Below, piece by piece: positions 1 through 9,298 of a stretch of DNA of 64,000 nucleotides. Origin of the DNA: an uncultured candidate division Zixibacteria bacterium. Its GTDB lineage: Bacteria; Zixibacteria; MSB-5A5; GN15; FEB-12. Both the position numbers and the translations under genes were made by a program. Under the pieces are notes generated by a model, which was given only the letters and a program-made list of their open reading frames with translations, was not told the origin of the DNA and made no database searches. Position 1 is the stretch's first letter. Each line of letters begins with the position of its first letter. The stretch is from NCBI GenBank assembly GCA_963664195.1, contig OY760907.1, positions 2,176,001 to 2,240,000 of the forward strand. The letters run 5' to 3'.

Positions 1-1192
1 GCTGCGCCAGATGGGCCTTGAAGAAGGTCCTGAGAATGTGCTGTACTTTCACCTGACACTCGTGCCGTACATTGCGGCGGCCGGTGAGTACAAAACCAAG
101 CCCACGCAGCATTCGGTCAAGGAGCTGCGATCAATCGGTATTCAGCCGCAAATCCTGTGCTGTCGTTCCACCAGTCCGCTTTCGGATTCGATTCGTCAGA
201 AGATCGGTTTGTTCTGTTCGGTGCCCACGAAGTGTGTCATCGTCTCTGAAGACGTTCCGACTATCTACGAGGTTCCGCTCAAGTTCCACGAGCAAAACCT
301 CGATCAGATCGTTTGCGATCACTTTGGCCTTGACGTGCCCGAGCCGGACCTTTCGGCGTGGGAGGCGCTGGTCGAAAAGGTGAAACACCCTCGCAAGCGC
401 GTGAAAATCGGCATCTGCGGCAAGTACGTGATGCTCAAGGATGCCTACAAATCGATTATCGAAGCCTTCGTCCATTCCGGCGTTGCCAATGATGCTCAGG
501 TTGATCTGCTGTGGGTCAGTTCCGAAGACATCAAGCACGGCGGTGCGGAGAAATTTCTGCACGATGTTGACGGGCTGTTGATCCCCGGCGGGTTCGGAGA
601 GCGTGGGGTTGAGGGGAAGATCGAGGCTATCCGCTTCTCGCGTGAAAACGATATTCCGTTCCTTGGCATTTGCCTGGGCATGCACTGCGCCGTTATTGAG
701 TTTGCTCGCAATGTCTGTGGCCTCAAGGATGCGCACAGCTACGAATTCTATCGCGATCTGAAACACCCGGTGATCCACCTGATGGCTGATCAGGAGGGAG
801 TGACAGAACTTGGCGGCACCATGCGTTTGGGCGCCTGTCCGTGCATTCTCAAGGAAGGCACGAAGACTGCGGAGGCATACGGCGAGGGTCGTATTTCAGA
901 ACGTCACCGTCACCGCTATGAACTCAACAATGCCTATCGGGAGATGCTGGTCAGTAACGGTTTGGTCCTTGCCGGTACTTCTCCTGACAATCGCCTGGTG
1001 GAGGTCGTCGAGGTGCCGGATCACCCGTGGTTTGTGTCGGTTCAGTTCCACCCGGAGCTGAAGTCCCGCATGGAGAACCCGCATCCGCTCTTCCGCGACT
1101 TCGTAAAGGCCGCTGTTGCGTGTCATGATTCGAGAGACAAGCGCAGCGACCGGACATCCCGGGAAGACGACGTTACTGCTGTTGAGAAATAA
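1..1192 (+). CDS. pyrG: CTP synthase (5'-truncated at window edge)
   Basis: KTKPTQHSV synthase motif; GATase motifs PGGFG, GICLGM, ERHRHRYE and QFHPE. Confidence 0.97.
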   Translation, partial: LRQMGLEEGPENVLYFHLTLVPYIAAAGEYKTKPTQHSVKELRSIGIQPQILCCRSTSPLSDSIRQKIGLFCSVPTKCVIVSEDVPTIYEVPLKFHEQNLDQIVCDHFGLDVPEPDLSAWEALVEKVKHPRKRVKIGICGKYVMLKDAYKSIIEAFVHSGVANDAQVDLLWVSSEDIKHGGAEKFLHDVDGLLIPGGFGERGVEGKIEAIRFSRENDIPFLGICLGMHCAVIEFARNVCGLKDAHSYEFYRDLKHPVIHLMADQEGVTELGGTMRLGACPCILKEGTKTAEAYGEGRISERHRHRYELNNAYREMLVSNGLVLAGTSPDNRLVEVVEVPDHPWFVSVQFHPELKSRMENPHPLFRDFVKAAVACHDSRDKRSDRTSREDDVTAVEK

Positions 1193-1229
1193 GCCTTTCC
1201 CGGGTACAGTGTCTCTGCTTGCGCAGCAG

Positions 1230-1258
1230 TTGACAATTGTACGGGTATAGACTATCGT
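1230..1258 (+). promoter_or_regulatory. Putative sigma70 promoter of the polysaccharide operon
   Basis: TTGACA-N17-TATCGT, upstream of GAGGA and the TTG at 1295. Confidence 0.55.
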
Positions 1259-1294
1259 GGCCTTTCGTGTGCCATTTAGTGAGGAACAGTTGAC

Positions 1295-2638
1295 TTGAAC
1301 AAACTATTTGCGATTACTCTTGGGGCGGTGGTGACGGTGATGCTTTTTGTCGCTGGCGACGGAGCGTCACAGACAGTCATCAATGCTGATTCGCTGGCGT
1401 GCGGCTGGAACAACCAGTCGTTTGCCCGGCCCATAGATCCAGAGACCTATATCATTCGGCCGGGGGAAATCCTCCAGGTCATTCTTGTAAATACGAAATT
1501 GTCTCCGCTCAGACTCACCGTTGATGCTGAGGGAATGATCGTTCATCAGAGCATAGGAGTGATTGACCTGAGCAACCATACTCTGAGCCAGGCGCGCAAG
1601 TTGCTCCGTGAATCGCTGTCGAAAATATACAATGCGGACGAGATCGTCGTGTCGATTTCCGGTACATACCCGGTCTCCATACAGGTTACGGGCGCAGTGA
1701 ACCATCCTGGACGCTACACAGGTTTCACCTCGCAGTCGGTCAGCGAGATGATTGATTCGGCCGGTGGCATCGCGCCAGGGGGTTCTTCGAGGCGAATTTT
1801 ATTTTCCGGTGGGCCGAGGCCGCTTCCAGCAGATATTGACCGTTTGGTTTTTTTGGGTGACGACACATTTGATCCGCAGCTCTGCGCCGGGCGTACGATT
1901 TACGTGCCGTTGGCCACAGATTCCTCGGTAGAGGTTCTTGGTGAAGTGAGTGATCCCCGAGTGATCGAACTTGTGGAAGGTGACGACGTCGACCTGTTGG
2001 TGAAACTTGCCGGCGGTGCCTTCAAGTCGGCCGACGTCAACGCGACGTATGCTGTCAACGATTCGACGCGTGATTTGCGACAGCCAAACGGCATAAAGTC
2101 GGGAGATATCCTGATTGTTCCCCGGTCAACGACCGCCAGCTCGATTTCGGATCTGGGAGTGTACGGGGCTGTGGTGCATCCGGGAAGATACCCGTACACG
2201 GCCGGTATGACCGTCAGTGATCTGATCATGGCTGGCGGTGGACAATTGCGGACCGCCAATGTGCAGAGGACGACTGTTTTTCGCCAGACTGAAAGCGATG
2301 CGAAAGATCGACGTTTGGTGGGGCGGTATCCGATTCTTGTTGGCGGTGCCAATCAGGCTGATCGGGTGGAAGTTGGTCCTGGTGACTCCGTCTACGTGCC
2401 GGTTCAACTTGGCTATGTGCGTGTGGCCGGACAAGTGACGCGTCCGGGATTGTATCCGTATACGGCATCAAAGGACGCTGCTTATTATGTGAATCTGGCC
2501 GGCGGATTCGGTCGGGATGCAGATGAGTCGGTAGTAGGGATTCTGGACCGCGTGTCTGGTGCTACTCGCGCCGGAACAGTGGGTGAAATTGTTTTCGACG
2601 GCGATGAGATAACCGCGCTGCGTCGGGAGAAAGAGTGA
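1295..2638 (+). CDS. SLBB-domain polysaccharide export protein (Wza/KpsD-like)
   Basis: Signal peptide; YIIRPGE Poly_export motif; four SLBB repeats (VxGxVxxPG..AGG). Confidence 0.85.
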   Translation: MNKLFAITLGAVVTVMLFVAGDGASQTVINADSLACGWNNQSFARPIDPETYIIRPGEILQVILVNTKLSPLRLTVDAEGMIVHQSIGVIDLSNHTLSQARKLLRESLSKIYNADEIVVSISGTYPVSIQVTGAVNHPGRYTGFTSQSVSEMIDSAGGIAPGGSSRRILFSGGPRPLPADIDRLVFLGDDTFDPQLCAGRTIYVPLATDSSVEVLGEVSDPRVIELVEGDDVDLLVKLAGGAFKSADVNATYAVNDSTRDLRQPNGIKSGDILIVPRSTTASSISDLGVYGAVVHPGRYPYTAGMTVSDLIMAGGGQLRTANVQRTTVFRQTESDAKDRRLVGRYPILVGGANQADRVEVGPGDSVYVPVQLGYVRVAGQVTRPGLYPYTASKDAAYYVNLAGGFGRDADESVVGILDRVSGATRAGTVGEIVFDGDEITALRREKE

Positions 2639-3828
2639 TGAACGATACCCCTGCCTCAAACATATGGATTTTTCTGGAGGCCCTGGCACGTCGCCGTGGA
2701 CTGATCATTGGCCTTGTTCTTGTCGGTACTATAGCAGCAATTGTCATTTCGTCATTGATGCCGAAATGGTATGCCGCGACCGCAACGTTGTTGCCTCCTC
2801 CTGATGATTCCGGAAGCGGCCTGTCACAGTTGGCTCCCACTCAGCCGATTTCGGGGGCCTCGCGGGCACCGGGCATGATCACCCAGAACGATATTTACGC
2901 GCGGATACTGCGAAGCCGACGCATCTCTGACAGGATCATGGATAAGTTCGGGCTGAAGGAGTTGTGGGGGATGGGGACTTCAGCCGCCGTCTACAAAGAA
3001 CTATCCTCGCGGGTAAACGTATCTGTGGCCGACGAAGGATTGCTGGAGATTTCTGTCGAGGACAAAGACCCGCAGAAAGCGGCCGATCTCGCCACGGCTT
3101 ACGTCAAGGAGCTGATCTTGTTGAATCGGGAGCTGCTCTCTACCTCGGCTACAGAGAAACGTGAGTTCATTGAGGATCGTCTCTCGGAGGTATCGGCACA
3201 GCTTGATTCTTCCCGAGAGGATCTCATGAAGTTTCAGCTTGAGAATAGGGCGGTGAATTTCGATCAGCAGACGCGTCTGGCGATTGAACAGGCGTCGAGC
3301 CTGAAGGTGTCGCAGGCACAGCTGCAATTGGACATTAGCATGTCCAAACGAGAGCTTGGGGAAGAGAATCCTGTGTTGCAGGACAAGATTCGTCGCCTCC
3401 AATTCGTCGAAAACCAACTGGATGAACTGGAATGGGGAGGGGACGACAGCTCATTCTTCTCGCTGCCTGTGGCAGCTGTTCCGAGTCTCAAGGGCAAGTT
3501 TGAATTGTTGTCAACGCGTGTCAGGGTGAGCGAGTCACTGTATCACAGCCTCTTGGACTTGCTGGAAAGAGCCCGAATCTCCGAGAAGGAGCACGGTCCC
3601 ACGATTTCAGTGCTCGACTGGCCGACTGTCCCGGAGATCAAGAGTCGGCCCAAAAGGAGCATCATTGTTATTGGCACTTTTGTGCTGACGCTTGTATTTG
3701 CCGTGTTTCTTGCCCTTGTTCTCGAGTACTTAAGGCGTATGCGGGAAGATCAGAACGGTGACTACCATCGACTCCTCCTCTTCACCAACGCCTTTCTCGG
3801 ATGGTTGCCGGGAGTCAAGAAACATTAG
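2638..3828 (+). CDS. Polysaccharide chain-length determinant / co-polymerase (Wzz/Wzc-N family)
   Basis: N-terminal TM followed by PKWYAATATLLPP; coiled-coil periplasmic region; PEIKSRPKR motif before a C-terminal TM; no kinase domain. Confidence 0.85.
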   Translation: MNDTPASNIWIFLEALARRRGLIIGLVLVGTIAAIVISSLMPKWYAATATLLPPPDDSGSGLSQLAPTQPISGASRAPGMITQNDIYARILRSRRISDRIMDKFGLKELWGMGTSAAVYKELSSRVNVSVADEGLLEISVEDKDPQKAADLATAYVKELILLNRELLSTSATEKREFIEDRLSEVSAQLDSSREDLMKFQLENRAVNFDQQTRLAIEQASSLKVSQAQLQLDISMSKRELGEENPVLQDKIRRLQFVENQLDELEWGGDDSSFFSLPVAAVPSLKGKFELLSTRVRVSESLYHSLLDLLERARISEKEHGPTISVLDWPTVPEIKSRPKRSIIVIGTFVLTLVFAVFLALVLEYLRRMREDQNGDYHRLLLFTNAFLGWLPGVKKH

Positions 3829-3931
3829 GCCGGTGGCTGGATCTGCCGGCCACAAATCTTAGGAGTTCTGTAGAAGCTGTCAGGAAGATGAGTACGGCCC
3901 GAGGATCAGAACGTTCGAGAGGAATCACCAG

Positions 3932-4690
3932 ATGTCTACGTCTATCGTAGCTGATTCGGCTGCAATCGGAAATGGAACCCGATGCGGCGAATTCTGCCGC
4001 ATTGCCTCCAATGTCACGATTGGTGCCGGTTGCGAAATCGGCCATCATGTGATCATCCACGAGGGAACCAGAATCGGCGACAAGGTGCGTATCGACGACG
4101 GAGCGGTTGTCGGCAAACGTCCGATGCGGGCCGCCAATAGCGCTGTTACGAAGGATCAGGAGTTGCCTCCCGCTCGTATAGGCGCCAACTGTATTATTGG
4201 CACACACGTGATTATCTACCGTGGTTGCGAGATTGGCAACAGAGTAATGGTGGCTGACCTCTCGACTATCCGCGAGAATGTCACCGTGGGTGACTTCACG
4301 ATTGTCGGGCGCGGGGTGGCCATTGAAAACTATTGCCGCATAGGCCGTTACGTCAAACTTGAGACCAATGTCTATGTCACTGCCTATTCCGAGATTGAGG
4401 ACCGCGTGTTCATCGCCCCGTGCGTTGCTACCTCGAATGACAATTTCGTCGGACGCACCGAGGAACGATTCAAGCACTTCAAGGGTGTGATTGCGAAAAA
4501 GGGCGCGCGAATCGGTGTCAATGCGACGGTCCTTCCGGGCGTAATCATCGGTGAAGACGCCTTGGTAGCAGCAGGTGCCCTCTTGACTAAAGACGCTCCT
4601 GCGCGTACTATCGTAGCCGGCGTACCGGCGAAGCCTTTTGGCGGCGTGCCGGTTGAACAGTTGCTTGAGAGTCAGGATTGGAAAGAGTAA
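3932..4690 (+). CDS. Hexapeptide-repeat (LbH) sugar N-acetyltransferase, WbpD-like
   Basis: Extensive [LIV]Gxxxx repeats; C-terminal IGEDALVAAGA..AGVPAK. Confidence 0.85.
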   Translation: MSTSIVADSAAIGNGTRCGEFCRIASNVTIGAGCEIGHHVIIHEGTRIGDKVRIDDGAVVGKRPMRAANSAVTKDQELPPARIGANCIIGTHVIIYRGCEIGNRVMVADLSTIRENVTVGDFTIVGRGVAIENYCRIGRYVKLETNVYVTAYSEIEDRVFIAPCVATSNDNFVGRTEERFKHFKGVIAKKGARIGVNATVLPGVIIGEDALVAAGALLTKDAPARTIVAGVPAKPFGGVPVEQLLESQDWKE

Positions 4691-4699
4691 GGAGTATCT

Positions 4700-5806
4700 A
4701 TGGCCGTCGCTCTGCTGGATTTACATCGTCAGTACGAACAACTCAAGCCGGAGATGGACGCGGCAGTGCTCAAGGTTCTCGGACATTGTTGGTTTGTTCT
4801 CGGACCGGAAGTGAAAGCACTCGAATGCGAATTGGCGGCTCTCAGTCAGGTGCCGCACGGCATCGGCGTTGCCTCGGGTACCGACGCCCTTCTGATTGCA
4901 CTCCGAGCCTGCGGCGTTGAACCGGGCGACGAAGTCATCACCACGGACTATTCGTTTTTTGCGACCGCCGGTGTGATCGCACGTCTCGGTGCCCGCCCGG
5001 TGTTTGTCGACATCGACCCGGAAACGTACAATATCGATCCCAAGCTGATCGAGGCGGCCATAACCGGGAAGACGAAAGCCATAGTGCCGGTGCATCTTTA
5101 CGGTCAGGTAGCCGACATGGACGCGATCATGGAGATCGCTCGTTCCCATAAACTCAAGGTTGTCGAGGATGCCGCTCAGGCGATTGGTGCTGAGTACAAA
5201 GGTAAGCCGGCAGGATCGTTCGGCGATTTGGGCTGCTTTTCGTTTTATCCGTCGAAGAATCTTGGCGGCGGCGGCGATGGCGGCATGATTGTGACAGCCG
5301 ATGACGATCTGGCGGCCTCGTGCCGTTCGCTTCGCGTTCACGGCGAAAGCCCGAGATATTACCACCACACGGTTGGGTATAACTCCCGGTTGGACACGCT
5401 CCAGGCTGCGATGCTCCTCGTGAAACTGCCGTATCTTCGCAGTTGGTCCGAAAAGCGCATTGAGCACGCCCGCATCTACGACAAGGCGTTTGCTGACATA
5501 CCGGATGTGGTGACGCCGAGGGTCGCGGCGGACTCGACTTTCCACATCTATAATCAGTACACCATTGCGTCGCCGAAGCGCGACAAGATTGTCGAGGGAT
5601 TGCAGGAAGCAAAAATCGGTCACTGCATCTACTACCCGCTGCCGTTCCACAAACAGGTCTGCTTTGAATCGCTCGGTTACAAGCCGGACGAGTTTCCGGT
5701 CAGTAATAGGGCCGCGGCGGAGGTGGTCTCTATTCCGGTTGCCCCTGAGATGACGGAGACCGAGCAGCAGGAAGTGATCGATACGATCCGGCGGTTGGCT
5801 GATTAG
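4700..5806 (+). CDS. DegT/DnrJ/EryC1/StrS aminotransferase (WbpE-like)
   Basis: SGTDAL, PVHLYGQ, EDAAQ, SFYPSKNLG (PLP lysine), GYNSRLD. Confidence 0.92.
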   Translation: MAVALLDLHRQYEQLKPEMDAAVLKVLGHCWFVLGPEVKALECELAALSQVPHGIGVASGTDALLIALRACGVEPGDEVITTDYSFFATAGVIARLGARPVFVDIDPETYNIDPKLIEAAITGKTKAIVPVHLYGQVADMDAIMEIARSHKLKVVEDAAQAIGAEYKGKPAGSFGDLGCFSFYPSKNLGGGGDGGMIVTADDDLAASCRSLRVHGESPRYYHHTVGYNSRLDTLQAAMLLVKLPYLRSWSEKRIEHARIYDKAFADIPDVVTPRVAADSTFHIYNQYTIASPKRDKIVEGLQEAKIGHCIYYPLPFHKQVCFESLGYKPDEFPVSNRAAAEVVSIPVAPEMTETEQQEVIDTIRRLAD

Positions 5807-5845
5807 GCGCGCCGGACTCGGACGAGGCAAAGCGGGAGGAATTCT

Positions 5846-6907
5846 CTGAAGTCACGACGGGTTGTCATATTCGGCTGGGCTGACTCTGTACACGTACGGC
5901 GCTGGGCCAGAGGAATGCAGGGGAGGGGCTTTGATGTTCGGCTGGTCTCTCCCAACGGCAGACCGCTGCCGGATGTCGATACCGTGATAATTCCCGCCTC
6001 CGGAGGGCTTGACTATTTCATGTCTGCCGCAGAAGCTGCTGCTGTGGCCGGAGAGTTCAATCCGGCGCTCATACATTCACACTATGCCAGTGCGTTCGGT
6101 TTTTGGTCGCTTCGGGTGAAAGCTCCCTGTTCATTAGTCTCGGTGTGGGGGTCCGACGTTGTGGATTTCCCCTCGAACTGGCTGAAACGTAAATACGTGG
6201 GACGGGTGCTGGAAAAGGCGAATCATGTCATAGCCACCAGCCGATTCCTCGCGGACACTGTTCAGACAAAATGGTCCCTGAGTGCTGACAGGACAAGTGT
6301 GATTCCTTTCGGGGTAGATATTCTCCATGGTCCTCCGACCGTACCGGTCGATGGCCCCCTCAGACTCTGTTATATCAAGTCACACAAACGGCTCTATGGC
6401 CCGGACGTTTTGCTCCGCGCTCTGGTGATCGTGAGGGAGACAATCCCAGACGTTCGACTTGTTTTCGCAGGCGAAGGGCCTTCCACCGGGGAGATCAAGG
6501 AACTAGCTTCTCAACTCGGCCTGAATGACCTGATCGAGTTTCCCGGGCTATTGGACCAAACCGGTGTGTATCGACTCCTGACAGAATGCCACATCATGGT
6601 CATGCCGTCGCGGCGCGATGCCTTTGGTGTGGCCGCACTGGAAGCGTCACTGCACGGCCGTCCCGTCATTGCCACGACGGTCGGCGGGGTGCCGGAGGTT
6701 GTAGTCGACGGTGAGACCGGTTTGCTCGTGCCGCCGGACGATGTGGAAGCGCTGGCAGGGGCTATAATGAAGCTGGCCAATGATTCAGATCTTCGGAGGA
6801 AGATGGGGGTGGCAGGCCGTCTTTTTGTTGAGCGTAACTACACTTGGGAGCGATCTTTGGATCAGATGTCAGCTCTCTACGAACGGATTATCGATGAAAA
6901 CACGTAA
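5846..6907 (+). CDS. Glycosyltransferase family 4 (probable CTG start at 5846; first ATG at 5915)
   Basis: GT-B motifs (DAFGVAALEA, GGVPEVV); family-like N-terminus VVIFGWADSVHVRRW lies upstream of the ATG; SD GGGAGG at 5834-5839. Confidence 0.85.
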   Translation: MKSRRVVIFGWADSVHVRRWARGMQGRGFDVRLVSPNGRPLPDVDTVIIPASGGLDYFMSAAEAAAVAGEFNPALIHSHYASAFGFWSLRVKAPCSLVSVWGSDVVDFPSNWLKRKYVGRVLEKANHVIATSRFLADTVQTKWSLSADRTSVIPFGVDILHGPPTVPVDGPLRLCYIKSHKRLYGPDVLLRALVIVRETIPDVRLVFAGEGPSTGEIKELASQLGLNDLIEFPGLLDQTGVYRLLTECHIMVMPSRRDAFGVAALEASLHGRPVIATTVGGVPEVVVDGETGLLVPPDDVEALAGAIMKLANDSDLRRKMGVAGRLFVERNYTWERSLDQMSALYERIIDENT

Positions 6908-8051
6908 GATTCCTCTCTACGATCTGAAACTGCCGATGAGCACTATCAAGGAAGTCAACGATGTCCTTGAATCCGGCTGGCTCACCACCGGACCCAAAGT
7001 CCAACAGTTCGAGAAGGCCGTCGCCGAGACGCTGAAAGTCCGCTACGTGGCTGCCGTCAGTTCTGCCACGGTCGGGTTGCAGGTAGCTCTCGAAGCGCTC
7101 GGTGCGGGACAGGGTGGAAGGGTCGTCACGACGCCGTTTACGTTTGTGGCCACAGTCGAAGCTATCCTTCGGGCCGGCGGAATTCCCGTATTCGCCGATA
7201 TTGACCCGATGACGCTGAACGTTGATCCAGACGAGGTGCTCCGCAAGCTGGAGCCGAAAACCAACTGTGTGGTGCCGGTGGATATCGCCGGTCAACCGGC
7301 CGACTACCCGCGTCTCGTGGAAATCTGCGACAAACACAAACTTCCGCTGATTGCCGATGCCTCCCATTCTTTCGGTGCCACACTCAAGCGGAAATCGACT
7401 GCCCAATGGGCCGACGCAGCAATCTACTCCTGCCATGCCACCAAGAATCTCACCAGCGGCGAGGGCGGACTGGTAGTCAGCCGTCACAAGATCCTTCAGG
7501 AAAGCATCAAGCTTGCCTCTATGCATTGCATGACCTCAAGCGCGTATCAGCGTCGCCAGACAAACACCTGGGAGTATGATGTGGTAGACCTTGGAGCAAA
7601 GGCGAATATGTCCGACGTTCACGCAGCCATAGGCCTGGGGCAATTGGGTGTGTTTGAGAAGAATCAAGAGAAACGTGCTGAGATCGCCGCTCGATATCAG
7701 AAGAACCTGGCCGGTCTGGCCGAACATCTTGAGACGCCGCCCGTTCCCAAAGGCCACAAACATGCCTGGCATCTGTACATCATTCGCCTGCACCTCAGCG
7801 GACTGAAGATCGACCGTGCGGAGTTCATCAACCTGATGGCCGAAGCTGGCATCGGGTGTGGCGTACACTACAAGCCGTTGACCGAGATGAGCTACTATCG
7901 CCAACTCGGGTTCGAGCCGAAGCACTTCCCGAACACGACTTATGTCGGTCGACGGGTAGTATCTCTGCCGATGTATCCGGAGTTGAAGCTCGCCGATGTT
8001 GACTACGTTTGCGAACGGGTGACCGAGATCATCACGGGAAATGTCCGTTAA
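6894..8051 (+). CDS. DegT family aminotransferase (ArnB/PseC-like)
   Basis: SGWLTTGP, ADASHS, SCHATKNLTSGEGG; ATG at 6894 overlaps the GT4 3' end. Confidence 0.9.
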   Translation: MKTRKIPLYDLKLPMSTIKEVNDVLESGWLTTGPKVQQFEKAVAETLKVRYVAAVSSATVGLQVALEALGAGQGGRVVTTPFTFVATVEAILRAGGIPVFADIDPMTLNVDPDEVLRKLEPKTNCVVPVDIAGQPADYPRLVEICDKHKLPLIADASHSFGATLKRKSTAQWADAAIYSCHATKNLTSGEGGLVVSRHKILQESIKLASMHCMTSSAYQRRQTNTWEYDVVDLGAKANMSDVHAAIGLGQLGVFEKNQEKRAEIAARYQKNLAGLAEHLETPPVPKGHKHAWHLYIIRLHLSGLKIDRAEFINLMAEAGIGCGVHYKPLTEMSYYRQLGFEPKHFPNTTYVGRRVVSLPMYPELKLADVDYVCERVTEIITGNVR

Positions 8052-8128
8052 CAGCTCTCGCCACACCCACAGCAAGCGGCAAAACAAACTTGCGACGGGA
8101 CCGCTGATTTTGTTATTATTCCTTTGTT

Positions 8129-9130
8129 ATGCCGGCTAATCTGCCCCCACAATACTACGAACTTGAGCGGGAGTACAAATCCGAACGCGACCCGCGCGAG
8201 AAACTTCGCCTTGCCGAAGAGTTGCTCCGCATGATGCCTAAACACAAGGGCACGGACAAACTTCAGGCCGACATGAAGGCAAAGATATCGAGGCATCGCA
8301 AAGCTATCGATGGCGGCGGCGACAAAAAAGGCGGCGGAGCGGCGCTTGCCTCGACTCATGATTTCATTGAGAAAGAGGGAGCGGGGCAGATCATTTTGAT
8401 CGGTCCCCCGAACAGCGGCAAATCCTCGCTTGTCGACTCTCTGACCGGGGCCAAACCGCTTGTGGCCGACTACCCGTTCACCACTCGTGAGCCGCTGGCC
8501 GGGATGATGACGTTTGAGACCGTCCAACTGCAGCTCATTGACACGCCGCCGATTTCGCCGGAATCGTACGAAAACTACCTGAGTAACCTGATCCGTAACG
8601 CTGATATTGTCGCCCTTGTGGTTGACCTCGCCGATGAGGACATGACCGGCAAACTTGATTTTGTGATGCAAAAACTCGACGAAAAACGGATCATCCTGCG
8701 TCCCGGCGCCGACGAACAGCACGAGGACCCGCGGTTCAGGATTAAGAAAACGATCATCTGCGCCCACAAAGTCTACGACGACGAGACAGGCGAACGCCAG
8801 GCGGCACTCACCAAGCGTTTCGAGGGCTTCCCGATTGTGTCGACTTCTATTATCGACGACGAGAGCATGGAGAAACTGAGACGCGCGTTTTTCGACATCA
8901 TGTCGATCATTCGCATTTACACGAAGCATGTTGGTAAGGAAGTCGAGAAGGTCGATCCGGTGATCCTTCCGATCGGGGGGACGGTTGAGGACGCAGCGAT
9001 TTCGATCCACAAGGATTTTGCGCACAAGCTGAAGTACGCGAAAATCTGGGGGGAGGGAAAGTTCGACGGCCAACGGGTCAACCGCGAGTACGTCCTCCAC
9101 GACGAGGACATCATCGAGTTCCATATCTAA
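8129..9130 (+). CDS. DRG-family (OBG superfamily) GTPase with TGS domain
   Basis: MPANL...PKHKGT N-terminus; G1 GPPNSGKS; G2 YPFTT; G3 DTPP; C-terminal TGS (IHKDF...LHDEDIIEFH). Confidence 0.9.
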   Translation: MPANLPPQYYELEREYKSERDPREKLRLAEELLRMMPKHKGTDKLQADMKAKISRHRKAIDGGGDKKGGGAALASTHDFIEKEGAGQIILIGPPNSGKSSLVDSLTGAKPLVADYPFTTREPLAGMMTFETVQLQLIDTPPISPESYENYLSNLIRNADIVALVVDLADEDMTGKLDFVMQKLDEKRIILRPGADEQHEDPRFRIKKTIICAHKVYDDETGERQAALTKRFEGFPIVSTSIIDDESMEKLRRAFFDIMSIIRIYTKHVGKEVEKVDPVILPIGGTVEDAAISIHKDFAHKLKYAKIWGEGKFDGQRVNREYVLHDEDIIEFHI

Positions 9131-9298
9131 CTGTGATTGCCCCGCAGTTTGCCCGCAACTCCACACACATGCGTCCGTACTCTAGCAATAGGCGTGTGTG
9201 TGGACTCGTATGCCCGGACTTTCGGCAGGCGACTCAAGAGGATGTTTTCGACTGTTCAAGAGACTGTTACGATATCGCTTTTACATGGGAGACTGTGA

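Noticed and set aside
4721..9166. Long antisense ORFs (4721-5830, 8048-9166; also 31685-32734, 55942-56946)
   Set aside because: Shadows of well-supported genes on the opposite strand in GC-rich sequence; no motifs
9160..9204. Hairpin CCACACACATGC...GCGTGTGTGTGG after the DRG gene as a riboswitch or ncRNA
   Set aside because: Single low-complexity stem with no recognisable aptamer or U-tract
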